From Candidatus Poribacteria bacterium (lineage in GTDB: Bacteria; Poribacteria; WGA-4E; PCPOR2b), in assembly GCA_965218095.1 (NCBI GenBank), contig OZ244587.1:5248001-5312000 (forward strand): a stretch of DNA of 64,000 nucleotides, given 5' to 3'. Under the pieces are notes generated by a model. The model was not told the DNA's origin. It saw only the letters and a program-made list of their open reading frames with translations, and searched no databases. Below, piece after piece: positions 42,020-52,200 of this stretch; the first letter of the stretch is position 1, and every line of letters begins with the position of its first letter. The translations under genes and the position numbers were made by a program.

Positions 42020-42826
42020 ATGACTCAAATGACTTTCACGGCACTCGATAAAGTCACGCACAATAACGGAACTAAAAAGGGGAATGCTGTCATACTACCA
42101 CCGATGGATATATTTGAATCTATTGAATTGATTAAATCAACTGGTATTAAGCCGCGTGTCACAATGCTTGATCCCTGGTATAACAAAGGTTTTGGAGAAA
42201 TAAGAGATGATTACAATGATTTTGTTATATCCATACTCGAAGCCCTTATTGGTATCTCCGAGCATGTATTTTTGTGGGGTTTTCCTGAGATTATAGCTCA
42301 GTATTTTAATCGTATACCGACTGAATACCAGCTTGTTGCGTGGCTCACTTGGTACTATAAGAATAATCCATCTGTTATCCGAGGTTGGCGATCGAGTCAG
42401 AATACTTGCTTGCATCTTTCTCAGGGTGATACAAAGTTATATCCCGAACACTTTTTGAATGACGCACAAAAAGAAAAGCTAAAAGCAGGAAAGCTAAGAT
42501 ATATGCCAGGTCCAACGAGTGTCATAGAAGCCGCCTTATTGGTAGGCTTTGTGGGCAAGGATGAGCAGACGGGGCATCCATCTCAAAAACCGTTAAAAGT
42601 ATACGAGCCGCTTTTCTTCATGACGACAAAAGAAGAAGATTTAATTTATGACCCCATGTGTGGGTCTGGTACTACAGGTGCATTTGCATTGAAACATAAT
42701 CGGGCTGCAATTTTATCAGACATCAACGAGGAATATATTTCTATCGTTGAGTCGAGGCTTCTAGAAAAGAGGATTCATTCTAACAAGACATTGCCTTCAG
42801 CGCTTACAACTACGCTGCAAGCGTGA
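42020..42826 (+). CDS. Beta-class amino (N6A/N4C) DNA methyltransferase
   Basis: DPWY (motif IV variant) precedes HPSQKP and DPMCGSGTT (motif I). Confidence 0.88.
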   Translation: MTQMTFTALDKVTHNNGTKKGNAVILPPMDIFESIELIKSTGIKPRVTMLDPWYNKGFGEIRDDYNDFVISILEALIGISEHVFLWGFPEIIAQYFNRIPTEYQLVAWLTWYYKNNPSVIRGWRSSQNTCLHLSQGDTKLYPEHFLNDAQKEKLKAGKLRYMPGPTSVIEAALLVGFVGKDEQTGHPSQKPLKVYEPLFFMTTKEEDLIYDPMCGSGTTGAFALKHNRAAILSDINEEYISIVESRLLEKRIHSNKTLPSALTTTLQA

Positions 42827-42860
42827 GTGAACTTTAGGTTAGCACCGGGGGAACGGAACA

Positions 42861-43310
42861 TTGGATAACAGAGAAGTCGTCGTGAACCTATGGTACGTAA
42901 TGGATGAAGAAGGAGTGATATACTCTTTGCGCGCCAAAGCTTATGTCGGCGCGGGTTCCGACGCGGAGAAACTCGAATTCTTGCAACAACGCGCCTCGCT
43001 CGACTATCTCGTAGCCGATCCATTTGAAATCCCACAACGTTTCTATCTACAGATTAGCAACATGGAAACGCATGACTCCACGATCATGCCGGTTGCACAT
43101 GTTTCCATGTTGCAAACATTGGACAGTCCAATCGTGCTTTTCGAGGATGCGCTGAAGGTAATAGAAAACCGATTTCCCGCCCAATCCCAATTAGAGATTC
43201 CTCAACACCCTTTAGTTTGTACAACGCCTCTTATGCAGAATAAGCGGGGGATAATTGAACCCCGGTTTTCAGGCCAGATACGATACCGGCCGAGATTACG
43301 CCATGATTGA
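42861..43310 (+). CDS. Hypothetical protein
   Basis: 149-aa ORF filling the gap before rph; no recognised motif. Confidence 0.55.
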   Translation: MDNREVVVNLWYVMDEEGVIYSLRAKAYVGAGSDAEKLEFLQQRASLDYLVADPFEIPQRFYLQISNMETHDSTIMPVAHVSMLQTLDSPIVLFEDALKVIENRFPAQSQLEIPQHPLVCTTPLMQNKRGIIEPRFSGQIRYRPRLRHD

Positions 43311-43338
43311 AAGTCAATTTAGAAAAAGAGGAACTGAA

Positions 43339-44097
43339 ATGGCAAGAGTAGACCGGCGCAAGCCGAATCAGATGCGCCCGACCCGCATAGTTCGGAATTA
43401 CATTAAACACCCAGAAGGATCTGTCTTGATTGCTGTGGGTGACACAAAAGTTGTTTGCACCGCATCGGTGGAGGAGAGACAACCGTATTTCATGCGCGAG
43501 CAGCACATCCGAAACAAAGGCTGGGTCACCGCCGAATATTCAATGCTACCGCGCTCAACCGCCGACCGGTTGCGGCGTGAAGTCACCCGTGGGTCACCCG
43601 GCGGAAGAACGCAAGAGATTCAACGGCTCATTGGCAGATCGCTGCGGGCAGTCGTAGATCTCAAAGCCCTCGGTGAACGCACGATCTGGATCGACTGCGA
43701 CGTCATCCAGGCAGACGGCGGCACGCGCACAGCGTCAATTACCGGCGCATTTATTGCGCTTTGGGATGCTTGTCAGTGGTTGATGGATCGAAAATTGATT
43801 ACAACTGTCCCGATTCTTGATCATGTAGCGGCGACAAGCGTCGGCATTATTGATGGGACGCCCATGCTAGACCTCTGTTACTCGGAGGATTCCACCGCTG
43901 ATGTGGATATGAACGTTATCATGACAGGCGCGGGGAAATTCGTCGAGATCCAGGGCACTGCAGAAGAAGCCCCATTCTCCAAGGAGGAGGCTGATCAGAT
44001 GCTCAATCTGGCAATCAGCAGCATTGGGCAACTGATCCGACTCCAAAAACGTATGATTATTGAGAAGAGGGATGAAGCTAGTATTGGCAACCCGTAA
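43339..44097 (+). CDS. rph: Ribonuclease PH
   Basis: [38 protein letters not shown]. Confidence 0.97.
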   Translation: MARVDRRKPNQMRPTRIVRNYIKHPEGSVLIAVGDTKVVCTASVEERQPYFMREQHIRNKGWVTAEYSMLPRSTADRLRREVTRGSPGGRTQEIQRLIGRSLRAVVDLKALGERTIWIDCDVIQADGGTRTASITGAFIALWDACQWLMDRKLITTVPILDHVAATSVGIIDGTPMLDLCYSEDSTADVDMNVIMTGAGKFVEIQGTAEEAPFSKEEADQMLNLAISSIGQLIRLQKRMIIEKRDEASIGNP

Positions 44098-44758
44098 TCG
44101 CGGCAAAGTGCGCGAAATCGGTGAAATCCTCAAAGTCCAAGACGAGATTGAGCTTTTGTCGCTTCTCAACTACCCGGACGCCCCGGCTGTCGTCGAAGAT
44201 GGCAAAACTTATGAGGAGAACGCCATCAAAAAAGCCTCCGTGCTCGCCGAATACACCGGATATTTAACGATCGCCGACGACTCCGGTTTGGAGGTAGACG
44301 CACTTGACGGTGCCCCCGGCCTCCATTCCGCACGGTATGCTGGTGAGAACGCTTCGGACGCAGATCGGATTGCCAAACTGCTTGATGCGCTTAGGGACGT
44401 TCCTGATGATCAGCGGATGGCGTGTTTCAAATGTGCTGTGGCAATCGCCAAACCTGATAGTCAAACGCAGGTTGAGCCCCAATCAGAGATCGAGTGTAAC
44501 CCCGATTTGCAATCGGGATGCGAGCAACTGCGCGAAATTCCGATTCTCAAGGTTATCGTTGGCGTATGCGAAGGCCGGATCATTCGCGCAGCCCGTGGGG
44601 TTCAAGGGTTTGGATATGATCCTGTTTTCGTTCCGTCTGACTATGACGAAACCTTTGCAGAGTTGGGAGAAGAGATAAAGAATCAAATCAGCCACCGTGC
44701 AAAGGCGTTGGTAATGGTGAGAGAGCTCGTAAACGAATATGGTGACGCAGATGGTTAG
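44072..44758 (+). CDS. rdgB: Non-canonical purine NTP pyrophosphatase RdgB/HAM1
   Basis: ATRN.GK..E, DDSGL, GFGYDP, SHR; contains a ~25-30 aa insertion. Confidence 0.95.
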   Translation: MKLVLATRNRGKVREIGEILKVQDEIELLSLLNYPDAPAVVEDGKTYEENAIKKASVLAEYTGYLTIADDSGLEVDALDGAPGLHSARYAGENASDADRIAKLLDALRDVPDDQRMACFKCAVAIAKPDSQTQVEPQSEIECNPDLQSGCEQLREIPILKVIVGVCEGRIIRAARGVQGFGYDPVFVPSDYDETFAELGEEIKNQISHRAKALVMVRELVNEYGDADG

Positions 44759-44791
44759 AAATTGTAGGGACAAGCCTCCTCCCATCCAGGG

Positions 44792-45619
44792 TTAATCCGG
44801 CAGCCAAAGAAATGAGAGTACCTAGTTCATACGGGGTAGGCGGCGGGATTGCTCGATGACGGTCCGATCTGATTTGGTCGAACACCAGTGAGATAGCGGA
44901 ACTTCTTCCTGTTTTTCCTTGATCTCTTTGGATTTGCTGTTGGCAAGGAGGTATGCTATAGAGGCGGGATGGAATGGTTTGTTTTTGGCGAGATAACAGT
45001 CACTGTTTTGACGAAAGCCCTCTGAGTAAGCAAAATATTTAATCTGTCCCTTTTCAGAAAATACAATCGCACAGACATGTTGACTCAAGCGGATGTAGCG
45101 AATGGATGTGCTTGTCAGAGAGGTAGAATACCTGCCAGCAAGCGTGTCGATTGCTGGCAAACCGGCTTCAGGCAGATCGGCTGCATCTGCTTGAAAAATC
45201 GGATACGGCATCAGCAACTCAACCGCGAATTGATTGGCACGCTGTTCCTCCAATCGGTGCGAATCAAACCCACGCAGATCCTCGCGCTGGCAGCGATGCT
45301 GTACGGTTCGCCCCCCATCTAGGTGGTAGTGCCCTAACTCGTGAGCGATTGTAAAGTTCTTCCGGGACTGCGATTGAATCAGGCTGTTGAGCAAGATGCC
45401 CCAGGCGTCACCGACTCGCATCAGGCAGCCGTCGTACCGGCTTTCCATTTCACGTTCCCAAACAACGATCTGGAGTTGCGCCGCGATTTTTCGGGGTTGA
45501 ATCGGGATGGCCTGGGCGTTTAATTCCCGCAACAACTGTTGCGCTTGCTCTGCGGGCTCTGGAGCTAGCTTGGACATCTGTTTTGAAATTTGATGTTTTT
45601 GGGGAGGTGGCTGATTCAT
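44792..45619 (-). CDS. ImmA/IrrE-family metallopeptidase (last 9 codons possibly cut off by TAG at 44822)
   Basis: FTIAHELGHY (HExxH), E..AN.FA..LLMP, TSLT motifs; the frame continues VLSFLWLPD* after the TAG. Confidence 0.88.
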
Positions 45620-45621
45620 GC

Positions 45622-45978
45622 TCAGTCCGCAGATACTTCATTACTTTCCTGTTTCTTGTTCTTGTCTCTGAGAAATTCGTAGAATTCGAGCATCGTCTCC
45701 TTATCTTTTTCCGAGAGCTCCATGATGCCCCTGAACATAACACTGACCTTCGGATCCGCTAAAAGATCGTCGTAGCTCTGCTTCTTTTTACCAAGCAGAT
45801 AGTCTGTCGTCACTTTCAGCGCGTCGGCGAGACTCGAAAGTGTATCGAATGACGGTTTACGGGTGCCGGACTCAAACTGTGAGATGGCCGCAGGTGTTAG
45901 CGTCGCAGATTTGGCGAGTTGCGTCTGTGTCATCTTGAGATCATCCCGGCGTTTCTTAATGCGTGCTGCAACAGACAT
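45622..45978 (-). CDS. XRE-family HTH transcriptional regulator
   Basis: MTQTQLA...ISQFESG.RKPS...LADAL.VTTDYLLG; AGGAG RBS. Confidence 0.93.
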   Translation of the reverse strand: MSVAARIKKRRDDLKMTQTQLAKSATLTPAAISQFESGTRKPSFDTLSSLADALKVTTDYLLGKKKQSYDDLLADPKVSVMFRGIMELSEKDKETMLEFYEFLRDKNKKQESNEVSAD

Positions 45979-46071
45979 GATTGCATATCTCCTTTCGTAT
46001 GAGTTGGGTTAGGAAGTTAACGAAAACAAAAAGGGTAATCTTCAAAGAATTCCCTAACAATTGTAACATAC

Positions 46072-46227
46072 ATTTTAACACGTGCTTCAATTTAATGCAA
46101 GGTATTATGACAGAATTACAGAGATATTAACGCAAATTTAAAAAGGGGTTGCAATCCTACCCGACATTTACTTTTGTGAATTAGATCCGTTTTGCGCCTT
46201 GACAAGAATTCCTGACTATGATAGAAT
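46072..46227. promoter_or_regulatory. Divergent sigma70 promoters (xre leftward, giant gene rightward)
   Basis: Minus strand TTGCAT-17-TAAAAT (46100-46072); plus strand TTGACA-17-TAGAAT (46199-46227); both with TG extended -10. Confidence 0.7.
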
Positions 46228-46272
46228 CTGAAGAAAGTTCAATAAAATACACCTTTTCCCGGAGGGGGCATC

Positions 46273-49200
46273 ATGATTAAGAGGTATTCGTACATCGGTT
46301 TATGGCTTTGCTTGCTTATTCTATCGTCTACGTATGTCTGTCTTGCTGCCGACGATCAACTGTTAGTCAGTCTTTCGGAGACCGCTGTCAAAATTCATGA
46401 CGAAGTCGACATCGGCCGGATCCGAAAGGACATCGCTCGGCTATCCAATCTGTCTACCCGCGTTACTGGCTATTCCGAATCTGCCTCCGCTAGCAAATAC
46501 ATCTTTGATCGATTCGTCGAAATCGGATTACAAAATGTAGAAAGCCGCGAATTCCCAATCTCCGTCCCGATTGACCACGGTGACGGAAAGGTAGACCTCC
46601 TCTCCGAAGAGGGCACTGTTCTAAAGACTTACAAAATCTGGCCCCTCTGGCCCAACCTTGTCCGTACCTCCCTCCTGCCTGACGGCATTTCTCATCTTGT
46701 AGGTGAAGGAGAGACCCTTGAGGGAATTGCCAAATCCTACCAGGTGGACCCACAAGCCATTTTAGCTGACCCTCACAACCAATACCTCCGCGATCAAGTG
46801 ACCGACAGCCGGGATAACGATGGTGATGGTGAAATTGATGAACCGGGCGAGTTGGCGCTTGTCGAAGGCAATCCCGTCTTCATCCCCACCGGTGGATTGA
46901 CGGTTCCTCTCTTCTATGGAGGAAAAGGTGAACTCGCTGACTTTAACGGCAAAGATATCGGGGGATTTTGGTACAAAATTCAACCCGGTGATACGCTGGA
47001 GGACATTGCTCACCGTTTTCGCATCGGCGCCGGGAGCATCACCGATGACGTTCTTAATAGTCATCTCCAGAAGACTGAAGACGGCATTGACAACGACGAA
47101 GATGGACAAATCGATGAATACGGAGAGATCCCCCCGCTGACAGAAATCTTGTACTGGGATACCGACGGCATCGACAACGATAGGGATGACTTCGCAGATG
47201 AACAGCCCGGTGATAACACTGACGGCGTTGATAACAACAACGACGGTCAGATTGACGAAGATGGCGAATTTGTCGCCGCTTCCGAATCCAGCATTTTTAT
47301 TCCCCAGGGCAGCGTCGTTCTGATTGACTTCAACTCCAGCACCAAATGGATTAACGCCGCGATGCTTGGGGCGAAGGCGGTGATCTTCATTGAGCCGGAG
47401 ACCACGATTCGTGGGGAAGCCGAGAACAAATTCCTGACCGTCCCTGCCAACATTCCTCGCTTCTGGATTTCTAAGGCAGATGCTGACGAACTCCTCGCCA
47501 TGCTTGGGGAAGTTCCCCACCTGTCCCCTCCAACAGGGGAGGGAAAACAGGAGGGAGGTCTCTCCGTTCGTCTCACCTGCACTATCACCTGGGAACGGTG
47601 CATCGGGCAAAATATCCGTGGCTTTCTTGAAGGTGGCGATCCTGCTTTGAAAGATGAACTGGTCGTGATCACCGGCTACTACGACGCAATGTCTGTTGTT
47701 CCTGCGATGGCGCCTGGCGCTGATCCCACCGGCGGGATTGCCGCGCTTCTGGAACTTGGGCGCATCTTCAGCCAAGAGAAATTCCGTCCGGGTCGGTCCT
47801 TCCTCTTCGTTGCAACGGATGCCCACTTCCAGGGATTAGCCGGCATGCGTGCGTTTATGGAGGGGATTGGTCAGGATATTGTCGGACGAGAATCGGACTC
47901 TCCCGGCACCCCCACAATGCGTGGGCTACGGCGTGGCTTAAGCGCGGATCTTTTTGAATTTGAAGAACTTGGGCGGAAATTGCTCCTTTCTATCGATCGG
48001 AACGTGCTGGTTGACCTTCCCTCGGATTTCTTCTACGAAGTCCACCAGTTTGATGCGGATCTCGACTCCCTGATGACTACTCTCACTCACCTTGAGCAGA
48101 CGCGGGGAAAAATCGACGGGTTGCGCAACGCCCAGCGTGATGCGAAGGAGAAAGAAAAGAGAAAACTGGAAACGGCCAAGAAGCGGGAGAAGCAGGGGTT
48201 TACTGAGGAGGAGAAGTCCCGGCTCGAAGTCAACCTCGCGAAGTTCAAGAAGGACGTGCTTCAGACGGCCCAATTTCTCCGGTTGATGGTCCGCCGGATA
48301 ACGTGGATGCGCGCCCAGGCGTTGAATGAATCCCGAAAGGTGCAACATGAGTTGATTGAACAAATCGCTTTGCCGATGGCTCGTTTAGATGAATGGGCAA
48401 TCGGGCGATTGGAAGCGGATTTGGCAGCGCAGCAAATCGGCGGGAAGTATGATCAGACGCCGGACAGCAGCTATTTGAAGCCGGAGAAAGGAGCGGATGG
48501 GAGCTTTTATCTGCCGGTTCCTGGGAATGTGCCGCCAATCCTGAAAGCGGATGTCGAGATGCTGTCCAGGGCTTTGGAAGACTGGGAATTTAAGGATTCG
48601 CGGAAATTCACTCTCCAGTATGCTCAGGAGCGCCTGCTAGACCGTCACCTTGATTTTAATGGACTGGAACAGATGAAGCAAGCCCGCAAGGTGGTTCACC
48701 GTGCTACGAAAGACCTCTCGGAATACATCGCCGTTGAGCAGCAACTTCTCGAAAAAGTCCTCGCCCAGATTCCTACTGACAGTGGTGCAGAGACCCGCAT
48801 CAAAAACACCATCATGCAGTTAGAGGGGGACCCCGCTTCCGTCCCCAAGGACCTGATCGTTGAGCTGAAGCTTTTCCTCAACGAGCCAACCCTGAAGCGA
48901 TTCGAGGTCATTCAGAACCAGCTCCGCCAGAAATTGGCCATAATGGATGAAACAGGAACGGCGACTTCACGTGAGTTGGACGCTGTCCTGATTGCCGACC
49001 TCACCCGAGACAAACAGAACATACTCGAAATCGCCATGCGCAACGCCCGCCTTGAACGACAGCGGATCGAATTCCTGCTGGAACGTCACGATTCGCTGAT
49101 CCGCCCTTATCTCGCCGAGGAGACGCTTGTTCTACGCCACCACCTCCCTGACGATGTGGTTGATCTCGCGATGGAGGTCCGGGCCCAGATCTTTGCCCAC

Positions 49201-52200
49201 CTTGAAGAAGAGCGCCTGCTGAAGATGGTGAAGAAGCGAGCGAAGAATGATATTGTCGATCTCCAGAACCTGTTGAATGTCCTCAACCGTCTTGATCACG
49301 ATCTTGATGAGGACACCAAGATTCTCCTGCGTGATAACCTGCTTACGATGCGCAACGCCCGATTCCGTAATCTGCAGAAGCGCGTCGAAAAGATTGCACG
49401 CATCAGCGAACCGGAATACAATCGGAAGGTCCGGTCGATTGAACAAGCGATTGCGCTGCAAGACCTCTTCAACCGTTACTACACCTCCCTTTTTATTGCC
49501 ATTGACCTTTCCAGCCAGAGCGACAAATTCGGCGTTTTCAACAAAGGCTGGTTCTACAACCAACAGCCTGAATTTGTGTTACGTCGCGAGTTCGCTTCCA
49601 TCGGCAACAGGCTCATGGAGTATGCGAATCAAGCCGATTTCGGTGAGCGCATCGGGAAGCTGTGGACCTTTACTGATGACCAGATCCGACAGGCGGTGAT
49701 GAGCAGCCAATGGGAGGTCGGGTCCGATATTGAGTCGAAACGGATAATTGAAGGTAAGTCGTTGGAGACCCTGATCGCCGAACACTACGACACATTGGTT
49801 GGGCTCTCCGGTGTCTCTCGCCTGATGAAGATGCAGTTTGAACAGATGAAAAACCAGGGGGAACCCTCCGAAGATATGCTCAAGGATATGGACTATATCC
49901 GCAAAGAGGTGGAGCGATTTATCCGCAACGACATACGTGAAGCGCGAAAGAACCGCAAAAATAAGATTCGTCTCCTCAATCGGCTAGATGCCATGCTCGC
50001 CCTCCGCCACGAGGATGCATCCGCGTTGACCGAAGAAGAAGTCGAGGATATCAAGACGCTCATCGACATCGTGGGCCTGGGCGGCGAAACGAACTTCGTC
50101 AACGCCATCTCCGCCAGTGGTGGCAAAATTTGGAGGACATACATCCCCGGCAAGATTGCCTTCGACAGCGAAGTAGCAACCCTCACAGGTTTTACCGGCA
50201 TCGCCTTTGCCACGATCGACGATGCCCGAATCCTGACCGACACCCCGCTCGACACCATCAACCGAATGGATCTGCGAGAAGATGGCGCCCTGCATAAGCA
50301 GGTGAAAACCCTTGCTGCTGTCCTCATCCAAGCGATGCGTGATCCGAAGATGCCCACTACCGCTCGGGTTGGGAACTTCTACTGCAATCTCTTTGGCGAC
50401 GTGGTGGAGTACGATGCCCGCGAGAGCGCACTTCCGAACAAGCCGGTCCCTTACCCCGTCCTCACCCTGCGGCGAAAGCACAAAACCATGATGGGGGTCC
50501 GCGGCGACCTCTTTGCAATAGGGGACAACAAAGGGAATTTTGAGGTCGCGGGGCTCGCGATGGAAGGACGCGCCACGTACCGCATTGGTGGAAAACAGGA
50601 GGTGGAAGCGTACATCCTTGACCCTGATTCCGGCGATATTGTCTACGCGCCGGACCTCGGCAACTTCGGAGCTAAACTCTTGCCAAACCTGGTACCCATC
50701 AACACGCACCGTCGTGGATGTCGAATTGTAGTCTTCCCATGCGTGTCCACTACCATCTACGATCTTGTAGATCAGCGTTATCTGCGCACACTACGGGAGC
50801 TAGAGGTCTTCAATGCGGTCAGCGATAGTACGCCAGAAAAATATGGGATGTCAAAGCCGTGGCAGCAAGAAGGGATCTCTGCAACGGAGCCGCTTGCGCT
50901 GGTCTATTCCGAACCAAACACCCGAATCAAGATCGGCATGGCGTATGGACAGATAGGCAAACGGTTGCTGCTGATTAAGGCAGGCAAAAGTGGAACAAAG
51001 AATCCTACGCTCTATACCGGGGATGGCTTTGTAGTGCGGGAAAACGGAAGCATTCGTGTGACCCCTTACGTCGTCGTGCGCGATATGTGGTGGCTTGATG
51101 AAAACCGGAGTAGTCTTTACAAACGCTTCGGCATCAGCAGCGATCGCCTCGACCAACTTCACCAGTTTGCCAATGAACATCTGGATCAGGCAGAGATTGC
51201 CCTCACCCAAAAAGACTATCAGCAGGCGCTTAAGCTTGCCCGCGCCGCCTGGGGATACGAATCTCGCGCTTATCCCGATGTGAAAAAGACCGGCAATGAC
51301 GTGGTCAACGGTGTGATGTTCTACCTTGCCCTCCTGATACCCTTTGCCTACTTTATGGAACGGTTGCTGTTTGCCTTCCCCACCGTACACAAGCAGATTA
51401 TCGTGACCTTCGCAATCTTCCTCGTGGTGTTCTTCTTCCTTTCGCAGGTGCACCCCGCATTTCAGATTACCACAACGCCGATTATCATCCTGATTGCGTT
51501 CATTGTCCTCGCGTTGACGGCGCTCGTGATTAGCATCATTATCCGGAAGTTTGAAGAACAGGTAGAAAAAATCAAGCAGGAAAGCTCAAAGGTCTATAAG
51601 GCAGATGTTGGTCGCCTTTCCGCTTCCGCCGCTGCCTTCAGTTTGGGTGTCTCCAATATGCGTAAGCGGAAAGGGCGTACCATCCTCACCTGTACCACAC
51701 TGGTCATTCTGACCTTTACGGTGATCTCCTTTACGTCGGTGCGCACCTTTATGCACCCTAACAGTACCAACCTTCCGTCGGTGACGCCGCGCTATACCGG
51801 GATGCTCATCCGCGATCAGTATTGGAGTCCCCTTGAGGAGCCGGTCATCACCTCGATTCTAAATGACATGCGGAAAACGCAGATTCCTGAAAAGAACTTG
51901 CGGTTGCTGCTGAAAAAACAGAAATCTCCAGAGGAAGTTACATCCATCTTTGCCGACCTGCGGCGGCAGGGGGCGTTAATCAATCTTGGCGGTGAGTCCG
52001 TATTGCGAGTCTACAACGTCGTCGCGCCGCGGGCGTGGTATCAGTCCGCTGGCACAGGTAATCAGTCATTCGTGCAGTTGACACGTACCCCCAATTCGAT
52101 GGATGCCGCGCCGCCGGTCGAACTCGCAACCGGTCAGCCGAAAACCTACTCCGCCACTATGCTTGTCGGCATGACCCCGGATGAACCCGGCGTCACGGGG

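Noticed and set aside
453-44824. TAG recoding (Gln or pyrrolysine), suggested by in-frame TAGs at 453, 4045, 29153 and 44822
   Set aside because: Intact genes (larA-family, minC, both radical SAMs, ABC ATPase) end normally at TAG, and the internal TAGs are each explicable as single transitions from CAG or TGG.
44792-45978. CapH/CapP-regulated CBASS or prophage immunity region
   Set aside because: No cyclase, effector, integrase or phage genes adjacent.
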